Below are positions 52,766 through 61,640 of a stretch of 64,000 bases of DNA, one piece after another. Origin of the DNA: Candidatus Bathyarchaeota archaeon (GTDB lineage: Archaea; Thermoproteota; Bathyarchaeia; Bathyarchaeales; Bathycorpusculaceae). The notes beneath the pieces were generated by a model that saw nothing but the letters and a program-made list of their open reading frames with translations, made no database searches and was not told the DNA's origin. The translations under genes and the position numbers were made by a program. Location: assembly GCA_963806535.1 (NCBI GenBank), contig CAWDYC010000004.1:320001-384000 (forward strand), in the 5' to 3' direction. Every line of letters starts with the position of its first letter. Position 1 is the stretch's first letter.

Positions 52766-53470
52766 TTATGGGTAGTGTGGAATGTAATAGTTTGTTTTTT
52801 TGCCTATCCAGTCGCCAAGGAAGTAGCCAACGATGTAACAGGGAATCATAGTTAATAATGCAAGAGCGCCATCGCCAATGATTCCTTTCAGCCACGCACT
52901 TACGCCTGTCATGTTCAAGGCAACCGTTAAGCCACCCCATATGATGAATCCTCCTGTTAAGAGTCCGACAAGCAGATACAGCGCTTTGTTGAGTTTTAGT
53001 AACCCTTCAGCTGAGAGTATTTCTTTTTTTATGTGCGTAATCATGTAGCCGATTCCAATGAATGCAAAAATTCCGAGAGCAAGATTGTAAAACGTAGTCG
53101 CGCCGATATAGCCTATGAAGTACAAAGCTATATTGATGGCTAAGTAAATGGGTGTAACGATGGCTTCCGCTACCCAGAATTTTCGCCACCATGCAGGTTT
53201 CTTCTTAAGGTTGTTGTCCTCTGGGAACTCCGAAAGCAATCTGGAAGCAAGTTTACCCTTTTCTGTCAGTACGTATTTTTCCTCTTCGTTTTTCGATAAG
53301 AGGTCACCTAGAACCTTGAGGTGATAATTCAGAAGTCCTGTGCTGACAACTTCCAAGCTATCCAAGAGTTCGGTGTAGGTTAGGCTGCTTTTCTCGTTTA
53401 GCAGTAGTATGATTTGTCTTCTCGTTTCATCTTTTAGAATTTTATGCAGGGAAGTTAAACCTGTGTTCAT
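52766..53470 (-). CDS. Membrane-anchored ArsR-like wHTH regulator, family A copy 1
   Basis: LHKILKDETRR.II..L...LTYTEL...STG.LNYHLKVLGDLL.K...Y.LTEKG...EFP followed by 4 TM. Confidence 0.85.
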   Translation of the reverse strand: MNTGLTSLHKILKDETRRQIILLLNEKSSLTYTELLDSLEVVSTGLLNYHLKVLGDLLSKNEEEKYVLTEKGKLASRLLSEFPEDNNLKKKPAWWRKFWVAEAIVTPIYLAINIALYFIGYIGATTFYNLALGIFAFIGIGYMITHIKKEILSAEGLLKLNKALYLLVGLLTGGFIIWGGLTVALNMTGVSAWLKGIIGDGALALLTMIPCYIVGYFLGDWIGKKTNYYIPHYP

Positions 53471-53506
53471 AAGTGGTGATTAGGGTGGTTGGCGGATTTA
53501 GGGTTT

Positions 53507-53528
53507 TTTGATAATAATAATTGTCAAA
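53507..53528. promoter_or_regulatory. Palindrome TTTGAT-N10-GTCAAA (family A operator candidate)
   Basis: ~37 nt upstream of the start at 53470, next to a minus-strand CCTAAAT box. Confidence 0.7.
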
Positions 53529-53723
53529 CTCAATTTAGGTTTGGTGTGCACGTGTTGATGAGTGCAAGAGCCAATGGCTTTCTCTATTTGATGTAACTAG
53601 ACTGTTCTGTTGATGGAACAAGCCGTTCTATGACCAGAGCTAATAAACATAATCCTTACAATAATTCGCGGTGATGGCGATGAAGTTCAAATACAAACTC
53701 ATCGCAGTTGCAGTTCTTTTTAT

Positions 53724-53853
53724 GAGATTGTGTAAAACTCGATTCAATTTCAGAAAAATGCTTGTTTTATATTAATAATTTTGGTAACAAGAATACTGTT
53801 TATACACATAAAAGGCAACCTTTTGGACACGATTTTAGTTTTCACACAGTCTG
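53724..53853. mobile_element. MITE-like non-autonomous IS1182 derivative (~130 bp)
   Basis: Left GAGATTGTGTAAAACTC and right TAGTTTTCACACAGTCTG are imperfect inverted repeats; the right end nearly matches the IS end at 51795-51812. Confidence 0.7.
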
Positions 53854-54060
53854 AAATGGGTTCGGAACCTCTTAAATGAGCAAATAATCTTTGCAGCTTA
53901 TGAACAAGCTGTGGGAAAAAGAGCTTGTGGAAACGCATCGCTAAAAACGTGTTGGCATTGGGCACTAACAAGTTTTACTATGGACGCTTGGGGTCAAACC
54001 GAAAAAATGTAAAGGTAAGTTACAAAGCCACTCTATGCGATTGCTAGGGAAAAGGTCTAC

Positions 54061-55641
54061 TTAATGAATTGTTTGATTCCAGTAAATTATACGCTGATAT
54101 TTGCCAGCAGTCAAAAAGCTAGGGTTATTGTAAACTATGTCAAGTTTTGATCCATATTTAGCAAGTGATGTCTGGACTGCATTCCAAACCTGCTGGGAAT
54201 TATCTGGTTGCCATATACCCCATACATAATCAGTTGGGCTTCGCAAGCTTGAGCCATAGTCACTTGGCAGAACTAGCGCATCCTGTCCTTTAACATTATT
54301 GGTTACATTGGGATTCTGAACCACATTCGTCCAAAACCTTTGGATCGCGGCGAATTGTTCATCTTGTAAAAGTCCAGTAGTGTTACTTTTTGGTGCATAG
54401 TTGAAGACTATGCCATATTCAGCTCCATCCTCGTATGTTTGTTTCAGCTCATTGTATATTTTGTCGCCAGTTTGAAGGTTAAGCGGTGATTGGCTTGCTG
54501 GCTCAATCATCACTCCCCAAGTCTTGTCTTGCATATCTGCAGCACCTCTGATTAAAGCTAAAGTTTGGGCATCGGTTTGCTGACCAAATTGTTCGGCAAA
54601 GACGGTATTGTAGCCTGCAAGGTAGTCAAACCAGTATAGACCATAATCTGAGGTGAAAAGTTTAACATCGGATTGATTACCAATTGACGATAGGGTATTT
54701 TGAAGGTTGCTTACATAGAGATTAGCTATATTAGTATCATTCAGAAGCGGATTTAGGTTCCAAACTTGTTGATATGATTGAAATTGGGAAATATTCCCTT
54801 GATTTGTTATAATCTGACCGTTTTCATCTAAAACTCTTCCGTTTGGCTCATAATTATAAAACAATGTTGCACTTGCTACGTAACAAATTGTTCCATTAGG
54901 GTAATAAATGGTTTGAGAGGGTGTTACCAGTGTTTCGCTTGTTGTTTGATTAGTCCCCGTGGAATTTCCGGTCCAAATAATTCTTCCCAAATTCATTAAA
55001 GGATATGATGTTACCGTTACTATTCCAGACGGTATATAGAAGTTGTATTGATTTGAAGTTGAATTCACTCCTGACCCTGATAATTCAGTAAATGAGATGC
55101 TATTCGTATTTCTTGCAATGATAAGGTTTGGATCAACAAATGATGAGACGCTATCAATATTTCTCTCGATGGTAATATTTTTTGTGTTATTACCGTTTAA
55201 ACCGAATGAAATAGAGTCAAACAAGTGCCCTGCTGGTTCATCGTTGAAATATACTCCAAGATAATGGCTGCCCCAACGTGACTGGGCTTCATTAAGAAAT
55301 GAATTTAAATTGTCTCCCAAGCAGTGGTCAGTATAACACAAAATTATGTTCAATCCTGAGTTAACGGCATAATTGCATATTTGCTCTGTCGCAGTAAAAT
55401 TAAGCATTAATGGCCCTGACTGTAAAACAAACAGGTTAGTGTAATTCTTAACCCTGTCAATTTGTTGTTGGGCTTCAATAACTGAACTTCCACAGTAAGT
55501 AACGCCTACATAGAACGGCTTTTTGCTTGCCATAGAAGTAGATGGTGATTTGCTGGCTTCCATAGCGCCAAATGATGACACAACAATAATGGCTATTATA
55601 GCAATGGACGCGATTAATACTAAGCGTCTCTTGTTAGCCAT
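54061..55641 (-). CDS. Exported/N-anchored protein, possibly glycoside-hydrolase-like
   Basis: Basic plus hydrophobic N-terminus; FYVGVTY, GVYFNDEP, FTSDYGLYWFDY, RGAA...WG motifs; Asn/Thr-rich central insert. Confidence 0.7.
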   Translation of the reverse strand: MANKRRLVLIASIAIIAIIVVSSFGAMEASKSPSTSMASKKPFYVGVTYCGSSVIEAQQQIDRVKNYTNLFVLQSGPLMLNFTATEQICNYAVNSGLNIILCYTDHCLGDNLNSFLNEAQSRWGSHYLGVYFNDEPAGHLFDSISFGLNGNNTKNITIERNIDSVSSFVDPNLIIARNTNSISFTELSGSGVNSTSNQYNFYIPSGIVTVTSYPLMNLGRIIWTGNSTGTNQTTSETLVTPSQTIYYPNGTICYVASATLFYNYEPNGRVLDENGQIITNQGNISQFQSYQQVWNLNPLLNDTNIANLYVSNLQNTLSSIGNQSDVKLFTSDYGLYWFDYLAGYNTVFAEQFGQQTDAQTLALIRGAADMQDKTWGVMIEPASQSPLNLQTGDKIYNELKQTYEDGAEYGIVFNYAPKSNTTGLLQDEQFAAIQRFWTNVVQNPNVTNNVKGQDALVLPSDYGSSLRSPTDYVWGIWQPDNSQQVWNAVQTSLAKYGSKLDIVYNNPSFLTAGKYQRIIYWNQTIH

Positions 55642-56228
55642 TAAGGCATTTCTAACTTGCAATAGCAAACCTCTTCTCTTCCATTGAAGTTAGCCATTAC
55701 AACACTGTATTTATTTCTATACATTAGAACATGCCAGAAAATCTTTCGCATCTTTTAGCACAAGATACAGCATATACGCATGGTTACGAAACGATTCATA
55801 GACTGACCTTTAGGCAAAATTTCTCGACTGATAGACAGGGTATACATCTGTTCGGAAAAAGGATATTTACCCATGTTAACGGTTCTTTCGATGATAACAG
55901 CTTTAAGGTCATTCTATTAGAGCAAGCAGTAGTTTTTTGAGGGTGATGCTATATCTAATGCGCTCGATATTTAGGCGAGCAATCGCTCAAGATACTTCTC
56001 TTGTAGCCCATTTGCGGATTAGCGTGGCTGTCACTGGACACCAACAAGTTTTGTTTTAGAACCTTGGGGAGCAACAGAAAAAGAAAAGCAAATCTGATCT
56101 TTTTGAGAAGAAATAGACCTCTTAGACAGTTTGCACTCTGCCCCAGTTGACTTTCTCATCGAGAGAATGATAAGGGAAGAGAAATATGAAAAGCTCTTCA
56201 AAAAATGTGCGAAGGTAATAACGATTCA

Positions 56229-56693
56229 TCAAGTGAACCAAAAGCTAAAGTCAACATTTGTTTCCACAATCTTGGCGGGTTGAGGATAACCCCATTGAAC
56301 CATATTAACGTAAACAAGATAATAGGTTGCACCTGGAGCAAGCGTCACATTAATATAGCCAGCACTTTGCTGTCCGCTGTCATAATTGGTAGGCAAGCCA
56401 AATCCGCTCACAAAGTTAGTTGAATTTGCAACAATAACTCTTATTGTGCCTTCACCGATGACAGAGAAATTGCCTGATACGTTTATGTCAAAAGCGCCCG
56501 AGGGAATCGTAAATGGGATAAAATATTCATTGCTAACGGTGATATTCCCATTTATCAACGTGTACCCACCTGGAGCCGGAGTAGACATAGGCTTAGGAAG
56601 AGAATTCTTACTCCAAATGCAGATGCCCGTTGCAATCGATAACGCCAGAACGACTAAAAGAGCCACAATAATAATTCTTTTCATCGAAATCAC
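56229..56693 (-). CDS. N-anchored exported beta-sandwich-like protein
   Basis: Signal/anchor MKRIIIVALLVV; SGNF.V..G.IRV.V...YDSG....G.INVTL..G.TYYLVY.N. Confidence 0.7.
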   Translation of the reverse strand: MISMKRIIIVALLVVLALSIATGICIWSKNSLPKPMSTPAPGGYTLINGNITVSNEYFIPFTIPSGAFDINVSGNFSVIGEGTIRVIVANSTNFVSGFGLPTNYDSGQQSAGYINVTLAPGATYYLVYVNMVQWGYPQPAKIVETNVDFSFWFT

Positions 56694-56815
56694 TCACTTC
56701 TGACCTCTAATCTAATATACCATTTCCATCTTTAGGGTACCACCAAGCTGAATATACCACGGAAAATGTTTACTTAACACTAAATTACTGAGCATTGTTT
56801 TACCAACCCATCAAC

Positions 56816-57715
56816 CTATCTTGCTTTTATTGGTTTTTTCAGTTTAAAAAATGAAGGTAAACTTGATGTTTTAGTATTCAATCTCCTTTGAAGCCGTAAT
56901 ACAATCACTGCGGAAATAACAATGACTGCAACTAGCACTCCGATTACAACTAACTGAGTGTTGTAAGACGAGGATAAGCTTGAAAGCGAGTTCGTAGCTC
57001 GTGAGCTTGAACTTGTTGATTGACTTGCCGGCACTGGTGCCCATGCGTATTGAATGCTGACATTCGAATTCGCTTCGTTAATAATCACTCCTGTTCCGTA
57101 GGGGATTATTGAGTTATCTCCAGCGCTATAGGGGAGTAGTCCGTTGCCGTTACCCCACACTGTTTCTTTGCCATCAATGTAAACGTGAACAGTTATTGGC
57201 CAAGATGAGATTGATCCATATGCAAAATCACTTTGAAAAGGCGTTGTCCAATTTGCAAGATTAAATTTCATATTGACTATCTGTTTTCCTATTCCGGTAA
57301 CGCTGTAGTTAAGCCAACCTGAAGTTAGCCATGAACCGGTATTGTTTATGTCGCCTGCGTTAGGAGTTAAGAGGCGCTCAAAACTAGTTATTGTTAAATT
57401 GGTATTACTGGTTATGTTTAGATTTGCAGTGTTAGGGCTGTCTGCAAGCAATCCTTCGTTTGGCTGGTTTAAGTGTAGATTTTCGAAAACCCATGTGTCA
57501 TTAAACAAAATCGCATTCAAGTAGTAGCCGTTTTGTGCAAAGTTGATTGTACTATTGGTTAAAGGTATTTGGAATTGGGTTGAAGTTGTAAATGCTAATG
57601 GAGTTGAAATTGCGTTAAATGAGTTGGAATTATCTCCCTTTGCAGAAAATGAATATGCTGAGACGAACGCAATTGCACATAATATTATTAACGCTAATGA
57701 GGTTTTACAGTTCAT
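56816..57715 (-). CDS. Surface protein with signal peptide, Ser-rich linker and C-terminal TM anchor
   Basis: N-terminal signal, many N-x-S/T sequons, poly-Ser linker, TM and basic tail. Confidence 0.75.
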   Translation of the reverse strand: MNCKTSLALIILCAIAFVSAYSFSAKGDNSNSFNAISTPLAFTTSTQFQIPLTNSTINFAQNGYYLNAILFNDTWVFENLHLNQPNEGLLADSPNTANLNITSNTNLTITSFERLLTPNAGDINNTGSWLTSGWLNYSVTGIGKQIVNMKFNLANWTTPFQSDFAYGSISSWPITVHVYIDGKETVWGNGNGLLPYSAGDNSIIPYGTGVIINEANSNVSIQYAWAPVPASQSTSSSSRATNSLSSLSSSYNTQLVVIGVLVAVIVISAVIVLRLQRRLNTKTSSLPSFFKLKKPIKAR

Positions 57716-57791
57716 TTACTTGTAACTCCTTAGTTTTTGAGGAATAAATCAAGGGATTGGCTGTACTTAATGTGATGCATTAGCACATTAT

Positions 57792-57807
57792 GTTCTTAAA
57801 TTAGAAC
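57792..57807. promoter_or_regulatory. Palindrome GTTC-N8-GAAC (family B operator candidate)
   Basis: tGTTCTtaaattAGAACa upstream of the gene starting at 57715. Confidence 0.5.
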
Positions 57808-57856
57808 ACGCATTTTAAGCAAGAAAGTAATTTGTTGGCGAGCAAAAAAGTTTGCC

Positions 57857-58201
57857 TCAATCTTCTTGATTGTTTAGTTCCTTCTTGAGTTCTTTTTCGG
57901 AAAACAATACTCTCACTGCAATTACGCCAACTAATAGAGCCAGTACGAAAAACAAAATTGCAGGAAGAATAAAATTAGTTGGTACTGTCGTTGGTACGGC
58001 TGTAGGCGATGCAGCTGTTGAAGGCACTGGTGCCGTAGGTCCCGGAATATTTGTTGGCATCGAAGTAGGCTGAGGTGAAGATTGACCTTGAGACGCGACT
58101 TGAGATGAAAGAGGCAAATAACTAACTGCTTCTGCCATCAAAAAGGCTAATGCGACTGCAAGAATCAGACCCATCAACATTTTCTTGTTTGGCAATCTCA
58201 T
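57857..58201 (-). CDS. Small 2-TM protein with a Pro/Thr-rich linker
   Basis: Two hydrophobic segments flanking a PT-rich spacer. Confidence 0.7.
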   Translation of the reverse strand: MRLPNKKMLMGLILAVALAFLMAEAVSYLPLSSQVASQGQSSPQPTSMPTNIPGPTAPVPSTAASPTAVPTTVPTNFILPAILFFVLALLVGVIAVRVLFSEKELKKELNNQED

Positions 58202-58276
58202 TAATCACAAACCTTATTGTGCACTTCAACATGAAAACATGCGGTGTGTTATTTAATTCTATATTTTCATCAAGCC

Positions 58277-58292
58277 GTTCTAATTTTCGAAC
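58277..58292. promoter_or_regulatory. Palindrome GTTC-N8-GAAC between divergent genes
   Basis: GTTCTaattttCGAAC between the starts at 58201(-) and 58342(+). Confidence 0.5.
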
Positions 58293-58341
58293 AGTAGCTG
58301 CGTAAAACTTTTGAGGATATGTCTTAAATCAGTGATGTACC

Positions 58342-58785
58342 TTGTTTGGGAATGTGAAGAGCTTGGTTGACGATGAATCAAAAGAAGTGCTGAGAGGAAC
58401 CACCCTTGAAGTTTACCGATTCCTGCTAAAAAGCAACAAGCCAGTTGGAACACGAGAACTCCAAAGAGCACTCAATTTAAGCAGCTCTTCAGTAGCCACT
58501 TATCACCTTTCCAAACTGGAAGATGCAGGTCTTCTAAAAAGAGAGGCGGGAGGCTTTACAGTTAATAAATTCCTTTTGGAAAACAGTGTTAAAATCAATC
58601 GCTTCCTAGTTCCAAGATACTTCTTTTACGCAGTTTTTGCAATTGCAGTTCTCATAATAGAATTGACAATTCTCAGGCCTACCTTATTATATCGTGAATA
58701 TGTATTTTCGACAATTGCTACTGCGATTCTCGCTTTATTCTTTTGTTATGAAACTGTTAAGACGTGGCTTAGAGGTAATTTGTAA
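58342..58785 (+). CDS. Membrane-anchored wHTH regulator, family B copy 1
   Basis: LRGTTLEVYRFLL...VGTRELQRALNLSSSSVATYHLSKL...GL; PRYFFY followed by 2 TM. Confidence 0.85.
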   Translation: MFGNVKSLVDDESKEVLRGTTLEVYRFLLKSNKPVGTRELQRALNLSSSSVATYHLSKLEDAGLLKREAGGFTVNKFLLENSVKINRFLVPRYFFYAVFAIAVLIIELTILRPTLLYREYVFSTIATAILALFFCYETVKTWLRGNL

Positions 58786-58979
58786 ACTCTATTTTTCTGA
58801 TTAACCGTAAGCAATCATCTCAAATGCATTCAGATAGTTTTTTAAGATAGTTGGTATATCTTCTGCGCAGAAATTTAGGCTGGGAGCACTAGCTCCAAGC
58901 TATTCTGAGTTCACCCTTCATCAAAAGTTGGATTGATCCACTTTCCAGCATGAAACATAAACAAGCGCTTTTTTGTAGT

Positions 58980-59657
58980 TTAAACTCTCAGCATTGGAAT
59001 AACATAGTTTCTTTTTTTGCCTATCAAGTCCCCTACCCATCCGCCCAAAATCCAGCAAATAATCAAAGTTGCAGCCGCAACAAAGTCGTCACCCAAATTG
59101 CCGGTTGCACCTTGGATTTGCCAGCGAAGCCCGCTATGAAGTATCAGCAGGGTTATTATCCCCCAGAAGACAAAACCAAGGCAGAAAGCTCCAACTGCAA
59201 TAAAGAAAACCCTATTCCCAGACCGTGAAGGTCTAACTCTAATGTAGAAGGCAAAGCCAAAAGTCAGTATTGATACAATAACGACAAGAACTGTCCTCTC
59301 TAGTGGTATATTCAATGCAAAGCCAGTTACTAGAGTTAATATGACTGAAGCTACCCCAAAGAATAGCATCATTTTGAGAACTCTTCTATCTGTTACTTGA
59401 GTCTGTGTGGTTGGGAACTCTGTTAATATCCTATAAGCGAGTTGGCCTTTTTCATTGAGTACGTACTTTTCTGTCTCGTCCTTTTCCAAAAGGTCGCCTA
59501 AAACCTTCAAATGATAATTCATTGTTCCAGTGCTTACAATACCCAAGCTTTGCATCAGTTCAGTATATGACAAATTACCTTTGTCATTCAGCTTTAGGAT
59601 AATTTTTCGTCTGGTTTCATCCTTGAGAATTTTGTGCAGTGAGTCTATAGCTGACAT
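58980..59657 (-). CDS. Membrane-anchored ArsR-like wHTH regulator, family A copy 2
   Basis: N-domain largely identical to that of 52766..53470; 4 TM C-domain. Confidence 0.85.
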   Translation of the reverse strand: MSAIDSLHKILKDETRRKIILKLNDKGNLSYTELMQSLGIVSTGTMNYHLKVLGDLLEKDETEKYVLNEKGQLAYRILTEFPTTQTQVTDRRVLKMMLFFGVASVILTLVTGFALNIPLERTVLVVIVSILTFGFAFYIRVRPSRSGNRVFFIAVGAFCLGFVFWGIITLLILHSGLRWQIQGATGNLGDDFVAAATLIICWILGGWVGDLIGKKRNYVIPMLRV

Positions 59658-59692
59658 GTGTATCGATAAAGAGTCAATCGCTTTTTAGGTTT

Positions 59693-59714
59693 TTTGACGA
59701 TAAATCTGGTCAAA
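59693..59714. promoter_or_regulatory. Palindrome TTTGAC-N10-GTCAAA
   Basis: Perfect half-sites ~36 nt upstream of the start at 59657. Confidence 0.75.
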
Positions 59715-59732
59715 CCTTAAAAAGGGAAGAAA

Positions 59733-60599
59733 TTAGTTTTTTGAGTAGTCAACCAATGTCTTTTCCGTGTAAAGTGTTGATGCGCTGCCTATTCCAGGCG
59801 AGTTTGTTGTTGTCAATTGTGTTAGGTCGGCTTTGATTAAGCGGCAGGTTCCTTGCTCGATATACGATGTTCCGTTTAGTTGCAGGGTCATGCCGCCTGG
59901 GATTTTTATGATTGAGCTGCCATCTGAGTGAAGACTTAGAGTATTGCTTGCTACTTCGATGCGCATGGTTTTGAATGTACCTGCGGGAACAGTCAAATCT
60001 TGTAACGCTGCAAATGTTAACGTGACTTCGCCTGTTAATCCAAAGCTTGCGTTACCTGTGTTGACTGGTATTTTCCATACATCGCCAACCTTAACTGATG
60101 GTTGAGCTAAATATGCTGAAATGGTTGGGTTGCTACTTGCATTATAGAAAATAAGCGGTCCACCAGGCGCCACGAAATTATCGTAATAGCTTGCCTTGCT
60201 AAAGTTTAATGTGAGCGTTGGTAAATTCCTGAATTGTGATGAAGTTATCGTTTCATTTATCGTATAGTTCGCGCTGTTTGAGCCAATGACATCTATGGTT
60301 CCTGTTGAATTGAAGCTTTGACTATTTGTCTCTCCACTCAAGGCAAGGGATGTGTTGACTATTTGGTTTGTCACAATATTTGTGGTGTCATAGACCATGT
60401 GTTCGCCTATCTTGTAGCTTAGGCTAAGTTCCAGCGGAAAGCCTGCACCTTGAGGAATAAACAGCGCTGCCAGAACAATCAAAACTACTGCCAACCCTGC
60501 GATTGATGCATACAATTTCCGGTCATGCTTTTTGCCATTAACTTGTGGTTCACTTGATTTATAGTTGGGTGAATTGGAATTTTCTTGTCTAATCATCAA
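59733..60599 (-). CDS. N-anchored exported protein with a DLTVPAGTF motif
   Basis: Basic N-terminus plus TM, IPQGA, Y.IGE.MVY, P.VKVGD, QDLTVPAGTF; paralog of 61641..62567. Confidence 0.8.
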   Translation of the reverse strand: MMIRQENSNSPNYKSSEPQVNGKKHDRKLYASIAGLAVVLIVLAALFIPQGAGFPLELSLSYKIGEHMVYDTTNIVTNQIVNTSLALSGETNSQSFNSTGTIDVIGSNSANYTINETITSSQFRNLPTLTLNFSKASYYDNFVAPGGPLIFYNASSNPTISAYLAQPSVKVGDVWKIPVNTGNASFGLTGEVTLTFAALQDLTVPAGTFKTMRIEVASNTLSLHSDGSSIIKIPGGMTLQLNGTSYIEQGTCRLIKADLTQLTTTNSPGIGSASTLYTEKTLVDYSKN

Positions 60600-60643
60600 G
60601 ACATCTCTATGAGGTTAGTTGAATGCTTGAAGATTTAAGGTCT

Positions 60644-60665
60644 TTTGACTAAAAATTTCGTCATT
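60644..60665. promoter_or_regulatory. Palindrome TTTGAC-N10-GTCATT
   Basis: ~45 nt upstream of the start at 60599, next to a minus-strand CCTTAAAT box. Confidence 0.7.
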
Positions 60666-60804
60666 AATAAAAGCGTAATTCTATCTTCTGGCTCTCCCCC
60701 GTAACTCTTCCTAAAAAAACCAAATTACCTATTGTTTTACGTTGAGATAAAGGAAAAAACGTTGACCTGACAATTAGATAGTTAAGACACTTTTTCGGAG
60801 TTTT

Positions 60805-61539
60805 TTAAACAGTGCTTAATCGCTTGATCAATTCTATTTTTTGGAAGCCTCTTCTTTTGCCAAGCAAATATCCAGAAATTCCGCCAGTTAAGGGTGCTAC
60901 CACGAAAGCTATAACTAAAAACCAGGAGCCCCAAATGCCAGTCAAAAGAGAGGACTTATTTAAGAACTTAGCCAGACCCACAATTAGTAAACCGCCACCG
61001 AAGAATGTGATCATACCGCCTGCCCAGGCTCCAATCATAGTGTACGTAGTTCTCATAAGCAATCGCTCTTTATCTGAACCGTGTGGAAGTCGTATTCCTT
61101 GTGCTCTATTAGCAAAATAAGTTAAAGTCATTCCTACAGCTACTGTAATTAACCCTTGAAATAACGCTAAAAAATTCATGAATCTCAAAAAATAAAGACA
61201 TAAGATGCTGATGAGAATAACTACTTGACCGAAACCAGCAGTTATCCAGAATTGGCGATATTTTGAATGTGAATTATCTACGTCTGGGAACTCTGATAAT
61301 AGTCGCCACGCCAATTTTCCTTTTTCTGTTAAAACGTATTCCCCATTCTCTTTTTTTGCAATCAGGTCGTGCATAATTTTTAAGTGATAATTCAATCTTC
61401 CTGTACTGTCAATTTTTAGTATATTCATCAAATCAGTATAGCTTAAACTGTCGTTTTCACTTAGCGCTATTATAATTTTTTTCCGCATTTGATCTTTCAA
61501 AGCTTTGTACAACGAGGTGAATCCGAGTTCAGATGCCAT
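60805..61539 (-). CDS. Membrane-anchored ArsR-like wHTH regulator, family A copy 3
   Basis: LYKALKDQMRKKII..L...LSYTDL...STGRLNYHLK...YVLTEKGKLA.RLLSEFP followed by 4 TM. Confidence 0.85.
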   Translation of the reverse strand: MASELGFTSLYKALKDQMRKKIIIALSENDSLSYTDLMNILKIDSTGRLNYHLKIMHDLIAKKENGEYVLTEKGKLAWRLLSEFPDVDNSHSKYRQFWITAGFGQVVILISILCLYFLRFMNFLALFQGLITVAVGMTLTYFANRAQGIRLPHGSDKERLLMRTTYTMIGAWAGGMITFFGGGLLIVGLAKFLNKSSLLTGIWGSWFLVIAFVVAPLTGGISGYLLGKRRGFQKIELIKRLSTV

Positions 61540-61573
61540 GCTAAATGAGCTAGCTTACTTTAATTTGAGGCTT

Positions 61574-61595
61574 TTTGACAAAATATTTAGTCAAA
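61574..61595. promoter_or_regulatory. Palindrome TTTGAC-N10-GTCAAA in a divergent promoter
   Basis: Perfect half-sites, ~35 nt from the start at 61539(-) and ~46 nt from the start at 61641(+); TATA-like boxes on both sides. Confidence 0.78.
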
Positions 61596-61640
61596 ACGGC
61601 TTAAAAGCTTAAACAGCCACGTTGGCTTGGAGGACAAAAC

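Noticed and set aside
53670-53710. Fluoride-riboswitch-like GGCGATG with a hairpin
   Set aside because: The downstream crcB consensus elements are missing; it is better explained as an RBS plus the start of a truncated signal-peptide gene.
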